A stretch of 63,132 bases of DNA, the filler included. It is 7 parts of 7 records of this genome, joined end to end, with 100 filler letters (N's around TTAATTAATTAA, not from the genome) between each part and the next. Parts side by side here need not be neighbours in the genome. Positions count along the whole stretch, not along the records: positions 50,753 to 57,981 come from SRR31147125_6566; positions 58,082 to 63,132 come from SRR31147125_6627; 5 more parts are not named here. One strand, given 5' to 3'. The translations under genes were made by a program, and so were the position numbers. Below are positions 50,753 to 61,856 of this stretch, in pieces. Every line of letters begins with the position of its first letter. Position 1 is the stretch's first letter. A model generated the notes under the pieces. The model was not told where the DNA came from. It saw nothing but the letters and a program-made list of their open reading frames with translations, and ran no database searches.

Positions 50753-51108
50753 AAAAAAGGTGAAATTCACGGTATCTCCCGAAGTTAACTGGATTCTTCA
50801 TCTTGACGTCGCAGTATAATATGATATTATCCCCGAATTTAGAAGTATTTATTTGAATCTCACGGTCAATGCATTGTGAGTTTTCATCCTTTATTGTGGC
50901 AGGTGGCCTGCCATGGCTGTTATTTGAATGCCTTTGGCGCGATTGTATCGATAGCATTCATTTTTCGTTGTGAGTACACTACTCATGGCTATTATTTAAT
51001 TACCTAAGTGAGATTGCCATCCGGCAGTCTTGAAAATTCAATTCAACTGTTTGTTATGTGTGAGACACCGCCTGGCCTGAGGGAGACCCCACGGGCAGGT
51101 TTCGGGGA

Positions 51109-52704
51109 ATGAAAATGTCAGAGATGATAGAGAATAGTGGATCTGAGAGTCAGCAGCCTGATGAAGAACTTCAGACGCAGCAAAGTGATGCCGCGCAAAC
51201 TGAAGCAGGTGAGAGTGAAGAGAGTTTTGAAGCATTGCTGAACTCTTATGATGCGGAGACCGGCCAGGATATCCGGCAAGGAGATAAAATTGACGGAACC
51301 ATTATCTCCATTGGCCAAAGTAGCGTTTATGTCAGTACCGGCTCCAAAAGTGACGGAGTGGTGGACAAAGCGGAGCTGCTTAATGAAGAGGGGGAGTTTC
51401 CGTTCAATGTCGGCGATACCCTCAGTCTCTATGTCGTCTCCATGACAGAGAGTGAGATCATTCTCTCCAAGGCCCTCTCCGGATCCGGTTCTTCCGCCAT
51501 GCTGGAAGAGGCGGCGGCCAATGCCACTCCGGTGGAAGGAAAAGTGGTGGGTATTATAAAAGGCGGGTTCAGCGTCATGGTGATGGGAAAGCGGGCGTTT
51601 TGCCCCATCAGCCAGATCGATACCCGATTCATTGAAGAGAAGGATCAAGAGAGCTTCATCAATGAAACCTTCAACTTTATTGTTACCCGATTTTCCGAAG
51701 GCGGGAAGAATGTGGTGCTCTCCAGACGGGCACTGCTCCAAAGAGAAATTCAGGAAAGCAGGGACGAATATCTCAAAGAGGTATCCGAAGGCGATATCGT
51801 CCAGGGTAAGGTGGTCAAACTGATGCCCTACGGTGCATTTATCGAACTGGCCCCCGGTGTGGAAGGAATGGCGCACATTTCCGAGCTTAGCTGGTCCCGT
51901 GTAGAAAAGACGTCTGAAGCGGTTGCCGAAGATCAGACAGTAACAGCCAAAATCCTGAAGATGGAGAAAAAAGAGGGGGCTGCGGTTCCCAAGATCTCTC
52001 TCTCTTTAAAGCAGGTTTCCCAAAACCCATGGGAGACGGTGGATCAAAACTTCGCCGCCGGCGACCAGCTTACCGGAAAAGTGGTTCGGCTGGCGCCCTT
52101 TGGGGCTTTTGTTGAAATTGCGCCGGGCGTGGACGGACTGGTTCATTTAAGCGAAATGAGTCACACCAAGCGGGTCATGAGGGCGGAGGATATGGTGGAG
52201 CAGGGTCAGATGATTCAAGTGTCCATCAAAGAGATCAATATCGATAAAAAACGAATTTCCTTGAGCATGAAAGATACCCAGGGCGATCCCTGGAATGGGG
52301 TTGAGACACGATTTACAAAAGGCACCGTTGTCGACGGAACCGTTGAGAAACGAGAAAAATTCGGTATCTTCATCAACCTTGAGCCCGGTGTCACCGGACT
52401 TCTACCCGGATCCAATATCGCCAAAGCTGCTGATGGATCCCTTTATGATAAGCTGAAACCCGGCGATACCGTTCCGGTGATGGTGGACGATGCCAGCGAA
52501 GAGACCCGAAGAATCTCATTGGCACCGCCGGATATGAAAGAAGATGGTGAGGGCGGCGATTGGAAGAAATATGCCAAAAGCGCCGGCAAATCCAAAAGCC
52601 CGGCTCAGGCGAAAGCGGATACTGTAAATGTAAGTAGTAGCAGTAGCGGTGGCATGGGAACCATGGGGGATCTTTTGATGGAAGCCATGAAAAAGAAAAA
52701 GTAA
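51109..52704 (+). CDS. rpsA: 30S ribosomal protein S1
   Basis: About five S1 repeats (AFCPISQID, YGAFIEL.PGVEG.AHISELSW, FGAFVEI.PGVDGLVHLSE). Confidence 0.92.
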   Translation: MKMSEMIENSGSESQQPDEELQTQQSDAAQTEAGESEESFEALLNSYDAETGQDIRQGDKIDGTIISIGQSSVYVSTGSKSDGVVDKAELLNEEGEFPFNVGDTLSLYVVSMTESEIILSKALSGSGSSAMLEEAAANATPVEGKVVGIIKGGFSVMVMGKRAFCPISQIDTRFIEEKDQESFINETFNFIVTRFSEGGKNVVLSRRALLQREIQESRDEYLKEVSEGDIVQGKVVKLMPYGAFIELAPGVEGMAHISELSWSRVEKTSEAVAEDQTVTAKILKMEKKEGAAVPKISLSLKQVSQNPWETVDQNFAAGDQLTGKVVRLAPFGAFVEIAPGVDGLVHLSEMSHTKRVMRAEDMVEQGQMIQVSIKEINIDKKRISLSMKDTQGDPWNGVETRFTKGTVVDGTVEKREKFGIFINLEPGVTGLLPGSNIAKAADGSLYDKLKPGDTVPVMVDDASEETRRISLAPPDMKEDGEGGDWKKYAKSAGKSKSPAQAKADTVNVSSSSSGGMGTMGDLLMEAMKKKK

Positions 52705-52940
52705 TTTACGCTTATAAAGGGTGTTGGAATTGATGTCTATTTTTGTTTGTTTTACTTAATAATTTTATCTCGTTGGCCGTAATCAACCATATGACGTCAA
52801 GTGTATGATTTTATTATTAACAAAACTTGATCGTTCCAACACTTTTATTGAATACACCTTGTGAAAGTGTGACAGTACCCGGCAAAATTTCCGGGTTGCC
52901 TTGGCAATGTTTTCAGATTTTTTGCAGAAAAATTTTCAGA

Positions 52941-52997
52941 ATTAAAAAGCCTGCTTGAATGTCGAAAAAAGACGACGATTCAAACAGGCTTTTTGAT
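52941..52997. terminator. Long bidirectional terminator hairpin
   Basis: AAAAAGCCTG-C-TTGAAT-GTCG..CGAC-G-ATTCAA-A-CAGGCTTTTT. Confidence 0.7.
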
Positions 52998-53952
52998 TAT
53001 AGCATGCCTCTTTTACGTTTGCTGCCACCACCTGAGAAACTTCTGCCGATCAGCCAACCGACAATGAGTACCCCGGCGCCGGAGAGAAACCACTTGATCA
53101 TGGCGGTTTTCAACACATCATCCCCACCAGCTAAAAAGAGTTCCGTAAAGCTGCCCTTCACTCCCTTTGAAAGCGCCTCATTTTTTTGTTTTAAACGTTC
53201 ATTCTCTTCCAACAGTTGCGCCACGTTGTTCGAGTTTTTTTAAGTTCGTCGTATTGAGCTCTAACTTTCTTCAGGGTTTCTTCTGCTTTGGTTTTACTTT
53301 CAATGGTATTTTGCAGATCGGTTTCAAGGCGTTTCGAGTTTTCAATGGCCGTTGCTAAGGCTTTATTACTACCGTCTTCAGAAGAGGCTTGTATCATCTC
53401 TTCCTGGCGACGTTCCAATTCACTGTTTTTTAGAGAGAGATCACCCGTCTGACTGGTCAAAGCGTTGTTTTGTTCTGTCAAAGTTCGGTTTTGCACTTCA
53501 AGAGTGTTCTTTTCCTCTTTTAACTGACCATTTTCCTGCTCAAGTGTTTCGATCTTTTTGTTTAATCGTTCAATAACGATGGTTTTGGGGAGCTCGGGAG
53601 AGATATATCGACGCTCCACCCATCCCAGATCTCCGTTTTCGGTTCTGACTTTGAAATAATTTCCTTGTTTCTCCAGAACCTCCACCCTGGCATTACTTCT
53701 AAGGGTGCTTAAAACAGAATACTCCCGCCCGGGACCTTCTCGCACACTCAGGATCAGCATATCGGAAACATATCCGGTCTCGGCAAGAAGCTGAGGGAGT
53801 AAGGGGGAGCTCAGGGACAAAAAGAGTGTCAACGCAATAGCGATCATGGATGACGGCCTACCGCAACAAAGCATGAATCGACTTTTTCTAACTGTAATCA
53901 GTTTGTCCTTATAAAAGTGGAACAGGAATGACAAAGTATGATTTTTTCTCAT
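52997..53952 (-). CDS. TIGR04211-like SH3 domain/coiled-coil/TM protein; frameshift at T-run ~53237
   Basis: YVSDML..VREGPG.EY, GWV; long coiled coil; C-terminal KWFLSGAGVLIVGWLIG in ORF 52997..53224. Confidence 0.8.
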
Positions 53953-54078
53953 GGATGATGCATCTCCTCAGGTAGGTCTGGTAATTCTCAATTGTACCAC
54001 AGAACAGTGTATCGCACTAATAACAGCCTTGATGAGAATTTACAATACCCATTGGGAAAGAAAAAAATCCCTTGCCAA

Positions 54079-54094
54079 ACCCTGTAAACAGGGT
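54079..54094. promoter_or_regulatory. Palindrome in the divergent promoter region
   Basis: ACCCTGT-AA-ACAGGGT just after TTGCCA, 13 bp before the aldolase ATG. Confidence 0.4.
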
Positions 54095-54107
54095 ATATCA
54101 ATTTTTC

Positions 54108-54764
54108 ATGAAAAAATTAAAATTACGACAGGAAAGAGGAGAGATTGTCGCATTTGGCAAAAAAATGCTGGACGCGAATCTCACCACCGGATCCGGCGGT
54201 AACTTGAGCTGTTACAACAGAGATGAAGGACTGATTGCCATCACTCCCAGTGGGATTGAATATACTCAGTTGACACCCGAGTCAATTCTGGTAGTCACAC
54301 CGGACGGTAAACGGATTCAAGGGGAGGGCAAGCCTTCCAGCGAGCTGGGATTTCATCTGGCGCTCTACCTGCAGCGAGCGGATGTGAACGCCGTCGTCCA
54401 TACCCATTCTCCCTATGCCGCCACCTTTGCATGTCTCAACCGGGAGATCCCTGCCGTCCACTATCTTGTGGCGTTTGCGGGTAAAAAAGTTGCGGTTGCT
54501 CCCTACGCCCTCTTTGGAACAGACGCGCTTGCAAAAAATGTGGTGGAGACCATTAAAGAGGATCATGCCGTTTTACTGGCCAACCATGGACTGGTGTCCG
54601 TGGGGTCGAATTTAATGAATGCGTTCAATACCGCCGATGAAATAGAGCTCGTGGCAAGGATCTATTATCAGGCGCAATGCATTGGAGAGCCTGTGATTCT
54701 CTCCGATGGGGAGATGGATCTGGTGATGGAAAAGTTCAAAACCTACGGCTCCGGAAAAAAATAA
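54108..54764 (+). CDS. fucA: Class II aldolase (L-fuculose-phosphate aldolase-like)
   Basis: GSGGNLS, ITPSG, KPSSE..FH, HTHS, LLANHG. Confidence 0.82.
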   Translation: MKKLKLRQERGEIVAFGKKMLDANLTTGSGGNLSCYNRDEGLIAITPSGIEYTQLTPESILVVTPDGKRIQGEGKPSSELGFHLALYLQRADVNAVVHTHSPYAATFACLNREIPAVHYLVAFAGKKVAVAPYALFGTDALAKNVVETIKEDHAVLLANHGLVSVGSNLMNAFNTADEIELVARIYYQAQCIGEPVILSDGEMDLVMEKFKTYGSGKK

Positions 54765-54765
54765 T

Positions 54766-56193
54766 ATGGTCGATATCAAGTACTGCAACCTGCTGCTTCA
54801 CAATATTTATAATGGACTTGTGGAAGGACTGTCCCATTTTTCCCAAAGCAGCCGGGCAGCACTGATATACGCCTGTACACCGGATGATGAACTGCGCATC
54901 TATGACCCCCAGCAACTGTTAAAAGAGCATGATCTGAAGTTAAAAGAGCTCTATCTCGATGACGAGAACTGGCGGGATGAATTGAAAGAGGCGCTGGCCA
55001 GGCAGCCCCACGGCCACTATATCACTTTGGGAAATCTCCAGTTGGCCGGATTGATTTCATATGGCGGTGTTTCCCAATCTTTTTTTTATCAGATGTGGTT
55101 TACGGATCATCATCCGGACATGTGCTCCATCTATCCCACAGAGCGGTGGCTAGAGCATGCCGGTTGGCTCATGGCCCAGGATTTTTCGGTGGACAATATT
55201 GCCATGGGAACGTCGGGGCATGTGCTTCAAAATCACACCATCCACGCCATTACCGATCACATTGTGGATGTGCGAAACGAGATTCTGGGACTGGACACCA
55301 AAATGTTGATTCATCCCATTTTGGACACCATCCTGAAATTGTCCAAAACCAAGGAAGAGGGGTATTGGCCGAGAGGACGACTGATGTTCGTGGACCCGGA
55401 GTATCTTGACGAACTCCGTTTCATTGCCAAGATTCAGCGTCATGAACGACCCATGACCGGGAATATCAAGCATGTCAGAAAGCTTCTTCTCGCTGTTGAG
55501 AATTCCAATCGAAAGCTGGTATCCGACGGGCATACCATTATCGGCTTTTCCAACTCGTCCACTCCCGATTACGCCATAACAGGGGTATTCAAGGGGGATC
55601 ATGGATTTGTGGAAATTAATGGGGAGTCGATTTGCAGCTTTTTTGACGGCAATTTCCACTCCACCACCCGACGCGCCAAGCTGGTGGAGCTGGAGGAACT
55701 ACTGCTTGATACCTCCCTTGAGCAGGAACATGCAATGGAGCTTTTCAGAGTCTTGGCTCAACTTGTTCACACGGCAGAGAATAGACGACACGGATGCACG
55801 TTGGTATTGGATTTCAGCGACGAACCGGTGCCGCTGTCCGGCCATGTGTTGGAACCGACGCTGGATTTGAAAAAGGAAGAGTATCTGGATCTGGCGACTT
55901 CCCTGATCAAGATTGACGGCGCTCTGCACATCATGTCCAACATCTCATTGAAGGGGTTTGGATGTCTGCTGGATGGAAAGACCATTCGGGGAGAAAATAG
56001 GGCAAGGGGCGCACGATACAATTCAGCACTTCGATTTACCGCCGAGCATGATAAAGTGATTGTCGTGGTGGTCTCTTCGGACAGGCCTGTTTCCATTATT
56101 CAGCTCGGTATCGAACTCAATGCCCATTGCGAGTGGACTCCGCTTCCGGGGCACCCCTATCAACCGGAAACACTTAACGCGTATTTATCATAA
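54766..56193 (+). CDS. Diadenylate cyclase (DisA_N/DAC) domain protein with large N-terminal region
   Basis: HGCTLV, KIDGALH, RGARYNSA, VVVSSD in the C-terminal ~150 aa. Confidence 0.75.
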   Translation: MVDIKYCNLLLHNIYNGLVEGLSHFSQSSRAALIYACTPDDELRIYDPQQLLKEHDLKLKELYLDDENWRDELKEALARQPHGHYITLGNLQLAGLISYGGVSQSFFYQMWFTDHHPDMCSIYPTERWLEHAGWLMAQDFSVDNIAMGTSGHVLQNHTIHAITDHIVDVRNEILGLDTKMLIHPILDTILKLSKTKEEGYWPRGRLMFVDPEYLDELRFIAKIQRHERPMTGNIKHVRKLLLAVENSNRKLVSDGHTIIGFSNSSTPDYAITGVFKGDHGFVEINGESICSFFDGNFHSTTRRAKLVELEELLLDTSLEQEHAMELFRVLAQLVHTAENRRHGCTLVLDFSDEPVPLSGHVLEPTLDLKKEEYLDLATSLIKIDGALHIMSNISLKGFGCLLDGKTIRGENRARGARYNSALRFTAEHDKVIVVVVSSDRPVSIIQLGIELNAHCEWTPLPGHPYQPETLNAYLS

Positions 56194-56309
56194 ATTTAAC
56201 TAACAGCAATCAACTCATCACCCATGAGTGGCCTGGATGCACCAAAAAGAGAATGCATTTAAAACAGTGGAGTCGAGGTCATTCAAAAAAACACTAAAGG
56301 ACAATTGAC

Positions 56310-56663
56310 ATGACACATGATCACACACACGATCACGAAGGCCACTCAGATGGTCATCATACCCATTCTCACTCCCATTCACATGCCCATAGCCATGATC
56401 ATGGCCATTCTCACGGGTCCCACTCTCACCGGCACTCCCATGGTGATGACGCCTCTGAGATGGATTTAAAAGAAAAACTACAGCTGTTGCTGAAACATTG
56501 GGTCGATCACAATAACAGCCATAAAGATACCTATCTTTCATGGGCAAAAAAGGCCGAGGCGGAAAAATTGACCGATGTCGCTCGTCATCTGGAAGCCGCA
56601 GATGAGGCGTCTGCCGTTATTACAGCACATCTTGAAGAAGCGTTGAAGTTGCTCAATGGCTGA
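56310..56663 (+). CDS. His-rich putative metal (Ni/Co)-binding protein
   Basis: Poly-(H-X) N-terminus, then KL..LL.HWVDHNNSH..Y..WA; AAGGA RBS. Confidence 0.8.
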   Translation: MTHDHTHDHEGHSDGHHTHSHSHSHAHSHDHGHSHGSHSHRHSHGDDASEMDLKEKLQLLLKHWVDHNNSHKDTYLSWAKKAEAEKLTDVARHLEAADEASAVITAHLEEALKLLNG

Positions 56664-56666
56664 TTT

Positions 56667-57667
56667 CTATTTCTCAGTCTGCTCCAATTGATTGTTTAAT
56701 GCAGTTTTTACAATAAAACGTCCGGGGTGAATCATATATGGATAAAGTTGTGAGACCAGCATTCCAATCATCATGATGGCGCACCCCATGAGGGCTCTTC
56801 CGGACATGATCTCATTAAGAAAGAGCCATCCTCCGATGGCAGCCACAACAGACTCAAGGCTGAGTAAAATGGCGGCATTGGCCGGGTGACTTCCTTTTTG
56901 GCCGTAGATCTGGAGGGAGTATGCAATGCTGACGGAGCAGACACCGCCATAAAAAATAGGAATGGCGGCCGATCGGATGGCTTCAAGGGTGATATGCTCT
57001 ATGGCAAAGGCGATGATCAGGCTGGCAAAAGAGCAGACAATGGATTGGAGCACCGAAAGTTTCACCGCATTCATTTTTGAAGCAAGCTTGCCCACAATGA
57101 TCACATGGGTGGCAAAGCAGCAGGCGCCGATCAGCTCCAAAAAATCGCCATATTCAATGGTGAGGGCTTCCGTCACACTGAGATAGTAGAGCCCGATGGT
57201 CGCTAAACCGGCGCCGATCCAAGTGCCGGTACCGGTTCTCTCTTTCCAAAGCAGTCCCATGATGGGGACGATCACTACATAAAGACCGGTAATGAATCCT
57301 GCTTTTCCGGCAGTGGTATAAACCAAACCCACTTGCTGGAATGAGGCGCCCGCAAAGAGAGCGATACCTGCAAAAATTCCCCCTTTCAGGGCTGCGTTGA
57401 GAGGCATGGGGGGCGTTGCATCAGAAGAAACTTCATTTGTCGATTCGGATTGGGAGGCTTCCGGTAAATTTTGCCGGCGTCCCCCTTTTTTTGTTTTTGT
57501 AGGGTGTAAGCCAAAAGGGGCAGCAACGCAAGCGCCCCCAAAGCAAATCTAAGGCCGTTGAAGGTGAACGGGCCGACATGCTCCATCCCTACTCTTTGGG
57601 CGACAAAAGCAAGTCCCCAGATGGTTGCCGCAAATAGAAGAATCAAATCGTATTTTAATGTTTTCAC
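56667..57667 (-). CDS. EamA/DMT transporter; frameshift ~57410
   Basis: IWGLAFVAQR..GPFTFNGLRF; QQVGL..TAGKAGFITGLY; ILLSLESV. Confidence 0.88.
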
Positions 57668-57841
57668 TATAATGCCCTCAATTTTTGATATTTTTTTGTG
57701 ACCATGGAACAAGGGATCAGCAGATAATCGTGCCGGTAAAATAGCAGTAAAGCAAGCTATTACAGAATCATTGCGGGTTTGACAATAAAAAAGCGCGGGA
57801 TAAAGTTGTTAGTTTTTGCTCATATGTGCTATACCGCTCCA

Positions 57842-57981
57842 AAGACTTTTTTGGGGTTGGTTCCAGCGTCGGCCACTGTAGGGTATCCCTAGCGTTCCCC
57901 TGAACCGGGAAATCATACGGGGTTACCTTTTATGTGAAAAACCTCACGCTCTTCGGTTCGAGGATTTTCATGCTTTGTTGT
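57842..57981 (+). ncRNA. ssrS: Probable 6S RNA, 3' part truncated
   Basis: CCCCTGAACCG..ATCATACGGGGTTACC resembles the proteobacterial 6S 5' stem and central bubble; apical stem GTGAAAA-A-CCTC..GAGG-A-TTTTCAT; TG-n-TATACC -10 element upstream. Confidence 0.6.
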
Positions 57982-58081
57982 NNNNNNNNNNNNNNNNNNN
58001 NNNNNNNNNNNNNNNNNNNNNNNNNTTAATTAATTAANNNNNNNNNNNNNNNNNNNNNNNNNNNNNNNNNNNNNNNNNNNN
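57982..58081. other. Artificial contig linker
   Basis: N-run/TTAATTAATTAA/N-run. Confidence 0.99.
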
Positions 58082-58179
58082 AAAATACCAGCAATGCAAA
58101 AATCAGAACGATGCATAATGATCCCACTGGCCAAACCAAGACATGCTGAAACTGCGATAATGATCGTTTGACTTTCCAT
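58082..58179 (-). CDS. YeeE/YedE sulfur-transporter family, N-terminal fragment
   Basis: LGLASGIIMHRSDFCIAG (G..R..FC motif). Confidence 0.6.
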
Positions 58180-58395
58180 CGAACCCCTATAAAGCTCGTC
58201 AACCCAATTCAAATATTATAAACGTATAATAAAAATTTATCAACCACACATGTGCGATCTTCATTTTTCTAATTTTCCGTTTCCCCTTTCTTCTTTGACT
58301 CATCATCAATCCAGTCTATATTGTCATTTCATCTATTTTTATGAGACAAAGTCGGCGTTTTTATCGTCTCACAAAATGAGCTAAAGGATGAGACA

Positions 58396-61300
58396 ATGGA
58401 CTTCAAAGGTATCATCCGAAAACTCTTCTTCCTTGTGTTTTTCCTGACACTCTTTTCAACGGCCTTCAGCCAGAGCTCAAACGCATCGAAAACAGATTTT
58501 AAAGCCCTCCCAGCGACAAAAGCCCTTCTTTCTGCATCAGAGAAACAGTTTATAAAAGATCATCCCGAGATTTATCTGGGTATCGACGCAGGCTGGGAGC
58601 CCTATGTTATCCAAAAAGCCGATGGGAGCCTTGAAGGGTTTGAGGTCGATATCATTGACCACATCAACAAAACCACAGGGGCGACCATTCGTCTGAAAAC
58701 TGGACGCTGGAAGGATCTCGTTGAACAGGCAAAAAAGAGAGAGATTGACGGACTGGCACTCTCTGCGAAAACCCCTGCGCGCACTGAACATTTTTTGTTT
58801 TCAGACAGTTACTTTTCAACCTATCCAGCGATCATCCTTCGGGCCGACGATCCGCGAACGCTTGAATCGCTCGACCGCCTGAGCGGAGAGAGCATTGCTT
58901 TTCTTGCGGGAAATAAATTCTACCAGACCTTCTTTTCTCGGCACCCTGAAATCTCAGTCATCGAAATGCCTACAGAGGAAGACGCAATCCGCTTGGTGGT
59001 GGAAGGCAAGGCAACAGCGGCTGTCGTCGACACCACGTCTTTCAACAAGTACAGCATGCGTTTTGCCAAAAACATCAGGCTCGCACACATCGTGACAGAG
59101 CACCCTCTCAAACTGCTTTACTCGATCCGCAAAGATCGGCCGGAACTGGTCAACATCATCAACAAGGGCCTCGGCCTGTTAACACCGGACCAGACTAATC
59201 AGAGCCATCGTCGCTGGTTTGGAATCGACACGCCTCAACCAAACCCAGACAAACTGGTTTTCACTGCAGAGGAACGGGCCTGGATTGACAAAAAACATCC
59301 CGTTCGGGTCTACGTTGGAAATTACCTGCCCTACTATGCGCCATTATCGGCCAACCAGGCAAAAGGGATGGCTATCGACTATCTGAAATTAATATCCGAG
59401 AAAGCCGACCTCAAATTCGAATATGTGACCCACATGGACTGGCCAGAGGCCTTCTTCGGCATCATTGAACAGGAAGGGGTTGACCTGCTCCCCGCAGCTT
59501 ATATCACAGACGAACGAAAGAAAAAGCTCCATTTCACAAACACATATCTTGAGTCTCCCTCCATCATCATGGTGCGCGACAACAGCCCCTTTATCAGCTC
59601 TCTTTCGGACCTCAGGGCAAAACCCTCGCGACAGAAAAAAACTATGCAACGGCGCAATGGCTGGCAGAGAAGTACCCCGAGATCAGGCAGCTTTCTGTTG
59701 ATACAACAACCGACGCTTTGCACGCGGTTTCATCCGGCCAGGCCGATGCGTTCATTGGCAATCTGATCATCGCGACATATATTTCTCGGACTCAGGGTCT
59801 CGCCAATCTAAAGGTGGCGGCGCCATCGCCTTTTAAAACCGACAGTAACGCCATGGCAATCCGGCAGGACTGGCCGGAACTGGCGAGCATCATCGACAAA
59901 ACACTGGCATCCTTCACTGAAGAAGAGCATGAAACGATTCGAGCTCGCTGGCTGCCGCCGGTCCGCTATGAGCATGGCGTCAGCGAATCTGACCTATTTC
60001 AGACCGTCGGCCTGATCAGCGGCAGTCTCTTTCTGGTTATTGGAGGCATTCTCTTCTGGAACAAACGACTCGCTCGTGAAATTGCGGCAAAGAAAGAAGC
60101 GGAGAACCGCTTGGCCAGCATTCTCCGCGCCTCCCCTGTTGGTATCGGCCTGACGGTTGAGAGAAGATTTAACTTTATCAACGACCAGTTCGCTCTCATG
60201 CTCGGCCGCTCGAAAGAAGAGCTCCTCGGGCAGAGCTCTCGGATATGTTATGCCAGCGATGAAGAGTTTGAGTCTGTTGGCAAACACAAGGATCAGGAGA
60301 TCCAGAGAAAAGGGGTCAGCAGCATCGAAACCGAATTCAAACACAAAGATGGCACCCTGATGAATATCATCCTGAGCTCATCGCCGATCGATCAGAACGA
60401 TTTGAGCAAAGGTGTCATTTTCTCCGCCCTGGATATCAGTGAACAGAAAAAAGCCCAAAAAAGTCTGGCAGAGAGTGAAGACCGATTCCGCTCCCTCTTT
60501 CACAAACACTCAGCAATATTTCTTCTCGTCGATCCTGAGAATGGCGCAATCATCGACGCAAACAGGAGCGCATCCGAGTTTTATGGCTACACCAACGAAG
60601 AGATAACGCAGCTCAACATCATCGACATCAACCCTCTTTCGACAGACATTGTTCAACAAAAATCAGGGAAGCAACGGTCTCAAAAGTCAATCACTTCATC
60701 TTCCCGCACCGTTTAAAAAATGGCGAAATTAAGACGGTTGAAGTTCACACGAATTTAATTCCGATAAAAAGAAAACCCATTCTCTTTTCGATCATTCACG
60801 ACATCAGCGATCGTAAAAAAGCAGAAGAAGCTCTTGCCCTCGAGCGCGCACACCTTCACACCCTCATTAACACTCTTCCTGACCTGATCTGGCTCAAAGA
60901 CGCCGAAGGAACATACCTGTCCTGCAATAAGCGCTTTGAAGATTTTTTTGGTGCTCCAGCCGAAAAAATCATCGGCAAGACAGATTATGACTTTCTTGAC
61001 CCGGAACTTGTTGATTTTTTCCGGGCGCACGACCTGAAGGCCATGCAGGCCGGCGGCCCGACCACCAATGAAGAAACCATCACCTTTGCCTCCGACGGTC
61101 ATTCAGAGCACTTGGAAACGATTAAAACACCGATGTGTGACCGGGAAGGAAACCTGATTGGAGTCCTCGGTGTTGGCCGGGACATCACCGAGCGGAAACA
61201 TTCAGAAGAAGAACTTAAACGCCTCAAACAAGAGGCTGAAAAGCTCTCTGAAGAGCGGGGAGTCCTCCTGAAAGAGATCCACCACCGGGTTAAAAACAAC

Positions 61301-61855
61301 CTCCAGGTCATTACCAGTATGCTCTCACTGCAGAAAAGACGGCAGGCGTACGAAGAGACCAACCAGGCCCTGTCAGATGCCCAGAGGCGGATCGGGATCA
61401 TCGCGAGTGCCCACCAGAAGCTCTATGAGACAAGCCATCTGGATTCGATCAACATTCATTTATTTTTTCATTCAATCATCGACACGATTGCGGAGACATC
61501 CAGGCAAAAGCAGTCGATCACGCTGACTAAAAAGATTGGAAACTTTGAGATCTCTTTCGACCAGGCGACATCGATGGCCCAGATTCTCGGTGAACTGATC
61601 TCAAACGCTTACAAACATGCATTCACTGCTCAGAGAGATGGTGTCATAAACATCACCGTTGAAAAAAACAATGCTCATATTTATTTACAGGTGAAAGACA
61701 ATGGCGTCGGTTTCGACTATAATACGGTTCAAATGCAAGAAGCGTCTTTAGGGTTAATGCTCGTCAATGCATTTTCCGATAAATTGCAGGGGCAGATGAC
61801 CTTCAAGCGTGATCAGGGAACGATCGCGACATTGCAATTCCGAGGAGAAGTCTAA
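58396..61855 (+). CDS. Sensor kinase: 2x PBP3, TM, 3x PAS, HisKA_2/HATPase; frameshifts ~59620 and ~60660
   Basis: Three ORFs join at A-runs; WEPY, WPELASIIDK, DISE.KK repeats, EIHHRVKNNLQ, ELISNAYKHAF, DNGVG, LGL. Confidence 0.88.
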
Positions 61856-61856
61856 A

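Noticed and set aside
51118-51876. Long antisense ORF (252 aa) and the many other shadow ORFs in the track
   Set aside because: They overlap well-supported genes on the opposite strand or in another frame and show no motifs or RBS.
56310-56450. CRISPR array or DNA tandem repeat
   Set aside because: The periodicity comes from His-X codons in a CDS. No repeat-spacer array or cas gene was seen anywhere in the window.
7178-58081. TTAATTAATTAA as a biological repeat; cross-contig operons
   Set aside because: It always lies inside 100-bp N linkers and is a synthetic six-frame stop.
700-60670. Programmed frameshifting or mass pseudogenisation
   Set aside because: The indels sit in homopolymers of unrelated genes from several organisms, which fits sequencing error.
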